Below the pieces are notes generated by a model. It was not told where the DNA came from, made no database searches, and saw only the letters and a program-made list of their open reading frames with translations. A DNA stretch of 64,000 nt, taken from contig OY970067.1 in NCBI GenBank assembly GCA_963705305.1, positions 384,001 to 448,000 of the forward strand, in the 5' to 3' direction. How positions within the stretch are numbered: position 1 is the first letter of the stretch; each line of letters starts with the position of its first letter. Origin of the DNA: an uncultured Methylomirabilota bacterium. Lineage in GTDB: Bacteria; Methylomirabilota; Methylomirabilia; Methylomirabilales; 2-02-FULL-66-22. Shown here one piece after another: positions 9,278 through 18,907 of the stretch. Position numbers and translations under genes: made by a program.

Positions 9278-10822
9278 ATGGTGGATCAGGCCGTGTCGGG
9301 CATGGATGTCATGCTGCAGATGGAGGGCATCACCAAACGCTTCCCTGGGGTGGCCGCGCTCGACGGCGTCTCGCTTCACTGCCGCGCTGGCGAAGTGCTG
9401 GCGCTGGTAGGCGAGAACGGAGCGGGCAAGTCTACCCTCATGAAGGTCCTCTCCGGCGTCTACCAACCCGACGCTGGACAGATCGTCTTCCGGGGCCGCC
9501 CCGTGCAAATCTCCAGTCCACGGCAAGCGCAACATATCGGCATTGCGATCATCATGCAGGAACTGAACCTCCTGCCCTACCTCACCGTAGAGGAGAACAT
9601 CTGGCTCGGCCGCGAGCCGATGAGCCGTCTCGGGGTGATCGACGGCCGGGCTCTCCGCGCACGGTCCCAAGAGCTGCTCGAGAGCCTGCACGTCCGCCTG
9701 CAACCGGCGGAATTGATCGCGGACCTGACGGTGGCCCAGCGCCAGTTCGTCGAGATCGCGAAAGCCCTTTCCTTGCACGCCGACCTCGTCATCATGGACG
9801 AGCCGTCGTCCAGCCTGACGGAGCACGAACTGCAGTACCTGTTCCGCGTCATCCGCGACCTGAAGCGGCGGGGGGTCGCCGTGATATATATCTCTCATCG
9901 GCTGAACGAGGTTTTCGAGATCGCCGACCGGGTGACGGTGCTCAAGGACGGGAGGCTGGTGGGTAGCCGCCGGATCTCGGAGGTCACGCGGAGCGACCTC
10001 GTCCAGATGATGGTTGGTCGAAGCCTCGCCGAGACGTTCCCGCCGCACACCGCACACTGCCATGCGCCGGTGTTGAAAGTGCGTGGCCTTGGGTGGCGGG
10101 GCGTGCTCCGCGACGTCAGCCTGGAGGTACACGCAGGCGAGATTGTCGGCCTCGCCGGACTGGTTGGTGCAGGCCGCACGGAGCTCGCGCACGCGGTCTT
10201 CGGCGCCGATCCGATCGACGCAGGAACGATCGAGCTGGAGGGCAAGCCGCTGCGGATCCGGAGCCCCCACGACGCCGTCCGGGCCGGAATCGTTCTGGTT
10301 CCCGAGGACCGGAAGTTGGAGGGGCTGATCCAGCTAATCTCCATTCGGAAAAATATCGGGCTGCCCAACCTCGACCTCTTTCGACGGTGGGGCTTCGTGC
10401 GGCGCACCCGGGAACTGGCAACAGCCAGACACTGGTTGAGCCAGCTCTCCATCCGCGCTAGCAGCGTCGATCAGCCGGTCTTCAGCCTGAGCGGTGGCAC
10501 CCAGCAGAAGGTCGTACTTGCGAAGTGGCTGGTGCGGGACCCCAGGTTGATCATCCTTGACGAGCCCACGCGGGGTGTCGACGTGGGGGCCAAGGCAGAG
10601 ATCTACCGCATCATGCGGCAGCTCGCCGACGGGGGCGCCGCGATCCTGATGATCTCCTCGGAGCTCCCCGAGATCCTCGGGATGGCCGATCGCATTCTCG
10701 TCATGCACGAGGGCCGGTTGACAGCGGAATTGGATGGGGCGGCCGCGACCGAGGAGGCCATCATGGCCGCCGCGACCGGCAGCCTTGCCGCCGACGGCGA
10801 AGCCGCCAGGCCGTACACCTAG
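9278..10822 (+). CDS. Sugar ABC transporter ATP-binding protein (RbsA/MglA, two NBDs)
   Basis: GENGAGKST, IMDEP, GLVGAGRTE, LSGGTQQKV, LDEPTRGVDVGAK. Confidence 0.95.
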   Translation: MVDQAVSGMDVMLQMEGITKRFPGVAALDGVSLHCRAGEVLALVGENGAGKSTLMKVLSGVYQPDAGQIVFRGRPVQISSPRQAQHIGIAIIMQELNLLPYLTVEENIWLGREPMSRLGVIDGRALRARSQELLESLHVRLQPAELIADLTVAQRQFVEIAKALSLHADLVIMDEPSSSLTEHELQYLFRVIRDLKRRGVAVIYISHRLNEVFEIADRVTVLKDGRLVGSRRISEVTRSDLVQMMVGRSLAETFPPHTAHCHAPVLKVRGLGWRGVLRDVSLEVHAGEIVGLAGLVGAGRTELAHAVFGADPIDAGTIELEGKPLRIRSPHDAVRAGIVLVPEDRKLEGLIQLISIRKNIGLPNLDLFRRWGFVRRTRELATARHWLSQLSIRASSVDQPVFSLSGGTQQKVVLAKWLVRDPRLIILDEPTRGVDVGAKAEIYRIMRQLADGGAAILMISSELPEILGMADRILVMHEGRLTAELDGAAATEEAIMAAATGSLAADGEAARPYT

Positions 10823-10891
10823 TGGCGTGGGCTCCAGAGGCTCGCGCACCAATTATTCATCCGGGCCACGCTGACAGGAAAGGATACTGCG

Positions 10892-11998
10892 ATGGTTGAC
10901 GATCCCATGGTGCAGGCGGATCCCAAGAACGACGGCCGGGGGATCATGCGCGGGGGTTACCTGCTGACCCAGGACCGGCCGATGGACGAGGCACGCTGGC
11001 GGGAAGAGTGTTTCCCGGAGTGGGGGCACTTCCTCAACCGACAAGTGGAGATGACGACGGTCGAGAAAGGACAGGTGGGACTCTGGTGGTTCGGCGCGGG
11101 CACGTTCCTCATCAAGAGTGCCGCCGGCCGCGTCTTCATCATTGACAGCTACGCTGGCCCCTCCCACTACACCGAAGAGGCAAGCTGCGGCGTCTGCCGA
11201 ACCACAGGAGCCCCGTACATCAACTGGTTCCGCCTCTACCCCCAGGTGTTTAACCCATGGCGCTTCGCGAAGCTCGATTACGCCCTCTGCACCCATCAGC
11301 ATGCCGACCACTGTGACCTGTACAGCCTAAAGGCCTACGCCCAGACGACAACCTGCCGTTTCGTCGGGCCGATGTCAACGGTGGAGCGGATGCGCATCTT
11401 TGGGGTCCCGGAGGCGCGGATCGATCTTGCGGAACCCGGGATGACGATCGCAGCGGACGATGTCGAGATCGAGGCGACTGAGAATTTCAACGTCATCGCC
11501 ACCTATACCTTCGCGAAGCGGCCGGGCCAGACGCGGCCCTTCCACGAGGTAGCTGTCGGCTTTCTCTTCAAAACCGAGGGGGCGAATATTCTCTTCCTCG
11601 GCGACACCCTCTACCACAACGCCTATGTGACCCTCGGCCGCAAGTACGACATCGATCTCGCCATCTTCAACATCGGCAACAACGCGCCAGGGGGCAAAGA
11701 CAAGCCCACGCCTTACGACGCCTACATGATCATGGAGTCCTTGCGAGCCAAACGGTTCATCCCGTTCCACTGGGAGACCTGGGGAAACGTGGCCTCCGAC
11801 CCCAGCGAGGTGGAGTGGGTCTTTGCAAAGCGGAACCCAAGCATGAAGGCGATCATCATGCAGCCGGGAGGGATGATCATGTACCCACGGGACCGCGACA
11901 TCGGGCGCTACCGCTACCCCGATTGGCGCGAGTTTTACCGCCCGGAGGAATCATGGGAGTACGGCAAACCGGCCCGGGATGCCGGTGTGTTCAAGTAG
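10892..11998 (+). CDS. UlaG-like (L-ascorbate-6-phosphate lactonase family) metallo-beta-lactamase-fold hydrolase
   Basis: FPEWGHFLN...LWWFG, THQHADH, GDTLY, DKPTPYD, IPFHWETWGN...DPSE, following the UlaG motif order as I recall it. Confidence 0.8.
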   Translation: MVDDPMVQADPKNDGRGIMRGGYLLTQDRPMDEARWREECFPEWGHFLNRQVEMTTVEKGQVGLWWFGAGTFLIKSAAGRVFIIDSYAGPSHYTEEASCGVCRTTGAPYINWFRLYPQVFNPWRFAKLDYALCTHQHADHCDLYSLKAYAQTTTCRFVGPMSTVERMRIFGVPEARIDLAEPGMTIAADDVEIEATENFNVIATYTFAKRPGQTRPFHEVAVGFLFKTEGANILFLGDTLYHNAYVTLGRKYDIDLAIFNIGNNAPGGKDKPTPYDAYMIMESLRAKRFIPFHWETWGNVASDPSEVEWVFAKRNPSMKAIIMQPGGMIMYPRDRDIGRYRYPDWREFYRPEESWEYGKPARDAGVFK

Positions 11999-12229
11999 CA
12001 GGCGTCGTGGAGTTCGTGATCGCGGCCAGCGAGCTCCGCTGGCCGCGTTCTTGTTGACCTTCTCACGGCGACGGGATGGGAGCCCGACAAAGACAATACG
12101 AGTTGGGGCGGGGGGGTCGCCGTTCACATTTTCCGTAAGGATCTAGTATGGGTCTGCGCATGACCTTGGCCTCCTTTCGCGCCCGATTGGGCGCAGCCCG
12201 CCCTCCTAGACCGTCCAGAAGATGACGAC

Positions 12230-13222
12230 TCAAAACGGATTCACCCAATACTTGGGCCTTCCGTGGAGCAGGGCGTCTCGCACCTGCTCTGCCACCTTGC
12301 GCTGGAGCTCCCGGATGGAATCGGTGGAGTACCAGGCCATGTGAGGTGTCAGGATCACGTTGTCGAACTGGAGCAAGGGATGGTTGGCAATGCGCTGTTC
12401 ATCCTCCAGAACGTCCACGGCCGCCCCGGCCAGACGGCCGGCGTGCAGCGCCTGCACCAGAGCGTCCTCGGCGATCAGCGCGCCACGGGATGTATTGACC
12501 AGGAAGGCGCCCGGTTTCAGCAGGGCCAGCCGTTCCCGGTCCAGCAGGTGTCGGGTTTCGCCGGTGGCCGGTGCATGCACCGAAAGCACATCGGACTCCC
12601 GGAGGAGCTCTTCGAGCGGAACGAGTGAGACCTCCGGCATCCCCGCATCCGGCCGCACATACGGGTCGTGGGCCAGGACTCGTCCGAATCCAAGCGCATG
12701 CGCTTTCCGAGCCAGCTGCCTGGCGATGTTTCCGAAGCCGATCAAGCCCAGGCTCATTTCCGACAGGCGCCGGACGGGAACCGCCCTCCGGTAACTCCAA
12801 ATCCCCTGCCGGACCTCCGCATCCATCAGTTTTACCTTGCGGACAAGAGCCAGGATCAGGGCCAGCGCATGATCGGACACCTCGCTGATGCAGTAGTCGG
12901 GGACGTTGGCCACCATGATCCGCTTTGCGGTCGCCGCCGGGATGTCGATGTTGTCCAGGCCGATCGCGTACCGGACGATCACCCGGCAGCGCGTCAGTCC
13001 TTCGATGACCCGCCGGCTGATGCGCACGAACTGGACGATGAGGGCGTCCGCGTCGCGTGCCAGGGCAAGGATGTCGTCCTCGCCAGTGCAGCGGCCATTC
13101 CCATCCACAATCTCGATCCCCGTATTCGCAAATACCCGCTGCTCCTCGATCAGTGTCGGGTAATAGTAATCCGTAATTACGACCTTCAATGACACCGACT
13201 CCTCCCTCGCGGAGATCGTCAT
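12230..13222 (-). CDS. D-isomer-specific 2-hydroxyacid dehydrogenase (CtBP/SerA-like; alternative GTG start 13195)
   Basis: RYAIGLDNID, NVPDYC, GLIGFGNIA, VNTSRG, ILTPHMAWYS. Confidence 0.92.
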   Translation of the reverse strand: MTISAREESVSLKVVITDYYYPTLIEEQRVFANTGIEIVDGNGRCTGEDDILALARDADALIVQFVRISRRVIEGLTRCRVIVRYAIGLDNIDIPAATAKRIMVANVPDYCISEVSDHALALILALVRKVKLMDAEVRQGIWSYRRAVPVRRLSEMSLGLIGFGNIARQLARKAHALGFGRVLAHDPYVRPDAGMPEVSLVPLEELLRESDVLSVHAPATGETRHLLDRERLALLKPGAFLVNTSRGALIAEDALVQALHAGRLAGAAVDVLEDEQRIANHPLLQFDNVILTPHMAWYSTDSIRELQRKVAEQVRDALLHGRPKYWVNPF

Positions 13223-13351
13223 GCCTCACCGCGCCACCTGCTCGCCGCCTTCATCTGCTCCTGATTCCGCCTCATCCCCCGCCGAACCGGTCCGGCCTCG
13301 CGCATATCTGCTCATTCCTCCCGTTCTTGGCCGCACACAGCACCAGATCGC

Positions 13352-14110
13352 TCAGGCCGCCCGGACTGGATTCCGCAGGACACCGATCCCGTCGATGGAC
13401 ACCTCGACCACATCGCCTGGATGCATGGCGGCCACTCCCCGGGGGGTTCCCGCGCTGATGATGTCTCCCGGGAACAGCGTCATGCACTGGGAAAGATAGT
13501 GGACGAGATAGGGCACCGAGAAGATCATCTCGGCGAGGCGCGCCTCCTGCATCACCTTGCCATTCAGCATCGTCCGGAGGGTCAGCGCGGAGGGATCCAG
13601 TCCTGTGGCAATACAGGGACCAAAGGGTGCGAAGGTGTCGAAACCCTTCGAGCGGGTGAGCTGCCCCTGAGCCACACTGAGCGGGCGCTCGGTAATGTCG
13701 TTGAAACAGGTGTACCCCAGGATGTGCCGCGCGGCATCCTCTAACGACACGTCTTTGATCTGATCCTTGATGATGACTGCCAACTCCCCCTCGTAGTCGA
13801 CCTGCTCGGCGACCCGCGGGATCACGATCGGCTCGTCGGGGCCTGCAATGGTCGTGAGCGGCTTCAAGAAATGGGCAGGCTGCTTGGGGGTCTCGAACTT
13901 GATCTCCGCGATATGATCGCGGAAATTCAGCCCGACGCAGAGGATCTTGGTCGGCTCCACGGGCGCCAGGAGGCGAACGTTACCGACCCGGTGGGTCACC
14001 TGACTACGTGTGAATTCCCCGAAGATGGATCCGAGGATCTCGTGCACCAGATCGCCTTCCCAGACACCATACGCCGTGCGCTGCCCTTGTTGAAAACGAA
14101 CAATCCGCAT
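13352..14110 (-). CDS. Fumarylacetoacetate hydrolase-family protein
   Basis: KILCVGLNF, VDYEGELAV, GYTCFND, KGFDTFAPFGP, PGDIISAGTP; AAGGAGG RBS. Confidence 0.92.
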   Translation of the reverse strand: MRIVRFQQGQRTAYGVWEGDLVHEILGSIFGEFTRSQVTHRVGNVRLLAPVEPTKILCVGLNFRDHIAEIKFETPKQPAHFLKPLTTIAGPDEPIVIPRVAEQVDYEGELAVIIKDQIKDVSLEDAARHILGYTCFNDITERPLSVAQGQLTRSKGFDTFAPFGPCIATGLDPSALTLRTMLNGKVMQEARLAEMIFSVPYLVHYLSQCMTLFPGDIISAGTPRGVAAMHPGDVVEVSIDGIGVLRNPVRAA

Positions 14111-14253
14111 GCGCCTTTCCTCCTTGTGGCTCCCTGTCCCCGACACTGAGAGTTGTTATCCGTTGATAGGAGATCTGCCGAGCCAACGATCGGCTGTGAA
14201 GCCTCCCTGGCCACCGAACCAGGGCTGGACGCTAGCGATCCGCGACCAGGACC

Positions 14254-15291
14254 TCAGGCAACATCCGCCCCTCCCGTCAGCCACCCTGCTCGCCGGGCGA
14301 TCGCAACGGCACCGTCGATGCTGAGGCGGTCCACTGCCTCTGCATCGCTGATCTCCCTGACGGCCACGGCCGGGAGCGCGCGCACAAGCAGCTCCCGAAA
14401 TACGCGGCATCGCCGCGGCGAACCGATGAGAACCATCGGGCAGTCTCGCGGGAATCGCACCAGCGGGAAATCCTGCATGGCTTGCAGGTCTTCCGCCGCG
14501 ATGGCCGCCTCCACGAAGGTCCGGCGGACCTCCGCGGGGACTCCCAACAGGACATCCATGAATCGCGGCATGAGCAGCGCCCGGAGAAAGCCCGCGTGTC
14601 GCACCGCATCAAACGCGGTCCGTGCGGCGAGGGCCAGGTCTTCCGGTTCTGGCTCCCCCTCCGCCGCAATCGATTTGCCGATGGAGGTGGCCTGCTGAAT
14701 GGCCTCGAACATCTGTCCGCTCAAGGTGGTGAGCGAGCCGGCGATGCACCCGTCCTGGCGCACGTGAATGTACTTGGTATGCGAGCTGAGCACGACCGCC
14801 GTGAGCGGCGGCCGCGGCAGGGCCTGGCGGGTCAGGAGCCCCATCATCTGCGTCTCCTCGCCCCGCATGAAATCGATCCGGCGGATGTCCTCGTAGGTGG
14901 TCTCGGGCGGATAGGGGTTCTTGATGCCCCGGATGAACACTAGCGGGAGATCCAACGGGAAAACGGTGGGGTCTTGTGTCACAGTGAGGCTCTCGGCGAG
15001 CTCTGCCAGCCCGGCCGGCGCCCACAGATGCGGAATCTCCCGGAGGCCAATCTCCGAGGTAATCATCCCGGAGGTAATCGCGAACCTGATGTCGGAAAGA
15101 GCAAGCCCCGCGGCCATGACGGTCTGCTCGAACAGCTCCGAGAGGCCCGCCTTTAAGACTTGGTTTGAGCCGTGGACTGCCGTGTCCCTCACGCCAATCT
15201 TGCGCGACCCCTTCCCGACCACAGTGCACGTCTCGCCAAGAAGGAAGACCCGAGAGTTGGTCGTTCCGCAATCGATGGTGGCGAAATGCAT
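14254..15291 (-). CDS. dgoK: 2-dehydro-3-deoxygalactonokinase-like sugar-acid kinase
   Basis: IDCGTTNSR, SGMITSEIGLREIPH, DFMRGEETQ, SSHTKY, SGQMF. Confidence 0.82.
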   Translation of the reverse strand: MHFATIDCGTTNSRVFLLGETCTVVGKGSRKIGVRDTAVHGSNQVLKAGLSELFEQTVMAAGLALSDIRFAITSGMITSEIGLREIPHLWAPAGLAELAESLTVTQDPTVFPLDLPLVFIRGIKNPYPPETTYEDIRRIDFMRGEETQMMGLLTRQALPRPPLTAVVLSSHTKYIHVRQDGCIAGSLTTLSGQMFEAIQQATSIGKSIAAEGEPEPEDLALAARTAFDAVRHAGFLRALLMPRFMDVLLGVPAEVRRTFVEAAIAAEDLQAMQDFPLVRFPRDCPMVLIGSPRRCRVFRELLVRALPAVAVREISDAEAVDRLSIDGAVAIARRAGWLTGGADVA

Positions 15292-15345
15292 GGTCTCGAT
15301 TCCCCTGATGCGTGTGCAGCACACCGCCCCGTCTGTTTGGGGCGT

Positions 15346-16230
15346 CTAACAGAGGAACCCTCCCGCCGCCAGCTCCGCTTTCATCCGATCGCACTCCTGA
15401 TCTGAGAGCGGGATGAACGGCTCGCGGGGATACGCCTCGCAGACCTTCCGGATCTTGAGCAGGGCGTAGACTGCAACCACGGTCGACTTGGCGAGGTACA
15501 TGATGTCGCGGAGCTCGTTCACCCTCGCCTGGAGGGCCCGGGCCCGCTCCATGTCGAAGCTCGTGGCGGCCTGGAAAAGGTCCACGCACAGCTCGGGAAA
15601 AGCATTGCCCAGGCCCGGGATGAAGGCTTGTACCCCCAGGGTCGCGGCGTACAGGAACATCGCCTCCGTCCCGAGGACCACGTCGAAATCGGGCTGCCGG
15701 ATCTTGCGGACGAAGTTAGCCAGTACCATGATGTCGAAGCTGCTGTCCTTGACGCCGGCCACACCCAGGTCCGCCAGCTCTTGCAGCATGGGCACGTCCA
15801 CAGCCACGCCGGTGAACCGCGGGTTGTTGTAGCAGTAGACCGGAATCTGCACGGCCTGGACGATCCGTTCGAAGTACAGTTTGATGCTCTCGCGGGTGTG
15901 GTGGAAGTAGTAGGGAGGGACGGCTGCCACTTTTGCGGCACCTGCGTCCTGAGCGTATCGGGCCAGGGCTACGGAATCCCGCACGTTGGTCGAGCCCACG
16001 TGGACGATGACCTGGATCTGCGGCTGGGCGTGCCTGACGACCACGTCGACGACTCGCTTCTTCTCCTCCACCGACATGAGCGGCCCATTCCCGTAAGAGC
16101 CGCAGATGAATAGCCCGTGTACGTGCTGGCAAAGGAATTCGGCCAATTTCGCCAAGTTGGACTCATCCACGCTCCCGTCCGGCGTGAAGGGGGTTACCAT
16201 GGGGGGAATAACACCGACAACCTTCTGCAT
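15346..16230 (-). CDS. DHDPS/N-acetylneuraminate-lyase-family class I aldolase
   Basis: PPMVTPF, GSYGNG, AVPPYY, YNNP, Schiff-base GVKDSS. Confidence 0.9.
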   Translation of the reverse strand: MQKVVGVIPPMVTPFTPDGSVDESNLAKLAEFLCQHVHGLFICGSYGNGPLMSVEEKKRVVDVVVRHAQPQIQVIVHVGSTNVRDSVALARYAQDAGAAKVAAVPPYYFHHTRESIKLYFERIVQAVQIPVYCYNNPRFTGVAVDVPMLQELADLGVAGVKDSSFDIMVLANFVRKIRQPDFDVVLGTEAMFLYAATLGVQAFIPGLGNAFPELCVDLFQAATSFDMERARALQARVNELRDIMYLAKSTVVAVYALLKIRKVCEAYPREPFIPLSDQECDRMKAELAAGGFLC

Positions 16231-16290
16231 GGCGCGTTCTCCTTGGAAGTCAGTGAGAAGTCGGGTGAGAGCCCGGCCGGCGAGCTGGCC

Positions 16291-17085
16291 TCAACAGAAC
16301 CCGAGGTCCCTGCGGATCTTCTGGGCCGCCTCCTGGAGGATGCCCGCGTGCCGCCGGAGACTTTCCTCGTCCGGAAAATCGACGACCAAGCCGGTGATGC
16401 TTAGCGCCGCCTCGATCCCCCCCTGCTCGTTCAGGATGGGCACGGCGACGCACTTGATATGCTTCTCGTGCTCCGAATTGTCGATGGTATATCCGCGCTC
16501 TCGGATGGCGCGCAGCTCCTCGAAGAGCCCGTTGGCGGTCGTGATGGTATTCGGCGTGAAGCGGGTGAGACCGTGGGTGTTGATGACCTGCTCCACCGTC
16601 TCTTGCGGGGAGAAGGCCAATAGGGTCTTCCCCTGTCCGGTACAGTGGGCGGGGACGACGATCCCGACTCGGGAGAACATGTTGATCATATTGGAGGGAT
16701 CGATTTTCTGCAGGATGACGACCGAAGTGCCCTCGAGAATCCCGAGATGCACCGTCATGCCGATCCGCTGGGACAACTCCCGCAGGTAGGGAGTGGCAAC
16801 CCGTCGGATGACACTCTCCCGCGTCAAGCTATTCCCCAATATGAAGATGTTCAGCCCGAGGGAATACCGCCCGCTATCGTTGCGTGACAGGTACTCGTTC
16901 TTCTCGAGGGTATACAGCAGACGGAACAGCGTGGACTTGTTCAGGCCGAGGCGATCCTTGATCTCCGCAAACGACAGGCGGGGCTGATCCTTGAAAAGGT
17001 TCAAGACATCCAACCCTTTCTGGATCGTGGTGGAAAGGTAGGGACTACCCTGGGCCTCCGGCAGATTTTTTTTTGAATTACGCAT
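16291..17085 (-). CDS. IclR-family transcriptional regulator
   Basis: LGLNKSTLFRLLYTL HTH; PAHCTGQGKTLLA; RERGYTIDNSE; CVAVPI. Confidence 0.93.
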   Translation of the reverse strand: MRNSKKNLPEAQGSPYLSTTIQKGLDVLNLFKDQPRLSFAEIKDRLGLNKSTLFRLLYTLEKNEYLSRNDSGRYSLGLNIFILGNSLTRESVIRRVATPYLRELSQRIGMTVHLGILEGTSVVILQKIDPSNMINMFSRVGIVVPAHCTGQGKTLLAFSPQETVEQVINTHGLTRFTPNTITTANGLFEELRAIRERGYTIDNSEHEKHIKCVAVPILNEQGGIEAALSITGLVVDFPDEESLRRHAGILQEAAQKIRRDLGFC

Positions 17086-17230
17086 ATTTAATCTAAAAGG
17101 TTCAGTATATGAAACTATATGGCAATTTTTTCTTATTGAACTTCAAATTAATTCAACATATAAACTCTAGTATCATTATATGAAATTCATCCAACTTTTC
17201 AAGGATAAAACGCTGTCTTCGGAACAAGAA
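17086..17230. promoter_or_regulatory. Very AT-rich divergent control region with three related TTCA-N5-TGAA-like boxes (17101-17114, 17152-17165, 17172-17185)
   Basis: TTCAGTATATGAAA, TTCAACATATAAAC and ATCATTATATGAAA read directly. Confidence 0.6.
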
Positions 17231-17422
17231 ATTCGCGAGAGCGTCCTCGGCGTCGCCCGTGAAGGGGGAGAGGGCCAGGCGTAGGTCCACGCCGGGTTCT
17301 CCGGTCCGATCCAGGTCCTCTTTCGACTCACGTTTTGGATGTGGGCGCGCGGAGCGCGGGAAGGCGCAAACCGAGTGTGCCGTGTTCACGAGTCCGCCAG
17401 GGAGGGAGAACAGGAGGGTCTC

Positions 17423-18784
17423 ATGAGCAAGCAAGAGCGAATGGACAGACCGGCTGGGATGCGCGGGGTGAGCCGCCGGGATCTTCTCAAGGTGGGCGCC
17501 GCCGCGGCCGCCGGGGCGGCGGTAGGGCCGTTCATAATCACCCCGGCCCGCGCCCAGAGCTTCAACTGGCAGCGCTTTCGCGGCACGGAACTCTTCCTCA
17601 TTCTCACCCGGCACCCCTGGATTGATGAGATGGTGACGCACATCCCGGAGTTCGAGTCCTTGTCGGGGATGAAAGTCAACTATGAGATGCTGCCGGAGAT
17701 TCAAGGGCGCCAGAAGCTCACTGTCGAGCTGACGGCCGGCACGGGCGGGGTGGACGCATTCCACACAGCGCTCCATGTGGAGAAGCGCCGATTCTGGAAG
17801 GCGGGATGGTACCAGCCGCTGAACCGCTTCCTGGAAGACAAGACGCTGACCGCGCCCGACTACGACTGGGACGACTTCGTCGCCGGGGCCAAGGAAGCAG
17901 TCACTCAGCCGGACCACACCATCAGCGCGATTCCGACGATGGTGGACTTCTTCGCGTTGTTCTACCGCAAGGACCTCTTCCAGCAGAAGGGCTGGAAGGC
18001 CCCGCGCACCCTGGCGGAAATGGAGGACTACGCCCAGAAGCTCACCACCCCGCCCGGGATGTACGGGATCGTCGCGCGCGGGCTGAAGAATGCGAATGCG
18101 GCCGCCATCGCCTGCATCCTCTATGCGATGGGTGGGACGTACCTCACGCCGGATGGCAGGTCGGCCCTCAATACGCGTGCGTGGGTGAAGGCCGTCGACT
18201 ACTACGCAACGCTGCTGCGGCAATTTGCCCCGCCCGGTGTTCTGAACTTCAACTGGTATGAATGCAGCTCGGCGTTCATGCAGGGGAATGTCGGGATGTA
18301 CTTCGACGGCATCAACTTTGCCAATCAGTTTGAGGATCGGGAGAAATCCAAGATCGCCGGGAAGGTGGGCTACGCCGTGCTGCCCGCAGGCCCCGGAGGG
18401 CACATCGTGCCGACCTTCACGAACGGCATGGCCATTACCGCCCATAGCCGCCGCAAGGAGGCCGCCTACCTGTTCATCCAGTGGTCCACCGACAAGCAGA
18501 ATGCGGCGCGGGAACTCCTCTCGGGCGTGGGGGTGGGGCGGGGCTCGACCTGGAACCTCCCGGAGATCAAGGCGAAGCGGAAGATGCCGGCCGATTGGTA
18601 TGCGACCTACTCGGAGAGCCTGAAGATCGCCCGGCCGGGTCTGCCGGAAATCATGGACGTGACCCAGTACCGGGACATCATCGGTGTGGCCATCCAGAAG
18701 GCCATTGAGGGGGCCAAGGCAGAGGAGGTCATGGCCCAGGCCGACAAGGAATTCCAGGCGCTGCTGGACAAAACTGAGAGGTGA
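17423..18784 (+). CDS. Sugar ABC substrate-binding protein (CUT1/MalE-like) with Tat signal; no adjacent permease
   Basis: AGGAGG RBS; SRRDLLK twin-arginine motif; LFYRKDLF, SKIAGKVGYAVLPAGP, EAAYLFIQW. Confidence 0.88.
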   Translation: MSKQERMDRPAGMRGVSRRDLLKVGAAAAAGAAVGPFIITPARAQSFNWQRFRGTELFLILTRHPWIDEMVTHIPEFESLSGMKVNYEMLPEIQGRQKLTVELTAGTGGVDAFHTALHVEKRRFWKAGWYQPLNRFLEDKTLTAPDYDWDDFVAGAKEAVTQPDHTISAIPTMVDFFALFYRKDLFQQKGWKAPRTLAEMEDYAQKLTTPPGMYGIVARGLKNANAAAIACILYAMGGTYLTPDGRSALNTRAWVKAVDYYATLLRQFAPPGVLNFNWYECSSAFMQGNVGMYFDGINFANQFEDREKSKIAGKVGYAVLPAGPGGHIVPTFTNGMAITAHSRRKEAAYLFIQWSTDKQNAARELLSGVGVGRGSTWNLPEIKAKRKMPADWYATYSESLKIARPGLPEIMDVTQYRDIIGVAIQKAIEGAKAEEVMAQADKEFQALLDKTER

Positions 18785-18907
18785 GGCGGGGTCCCAGAGC
18801 CGACCTGGCCTGGTCGTCCGCCAGGAGTGCCGGGCCCAGTCTCTATAGAGATTCCAGCCGACCGGGTGGAATCCTCACGGGCGCCGACCGAACGCCTGCG
18901 ATGGAGA

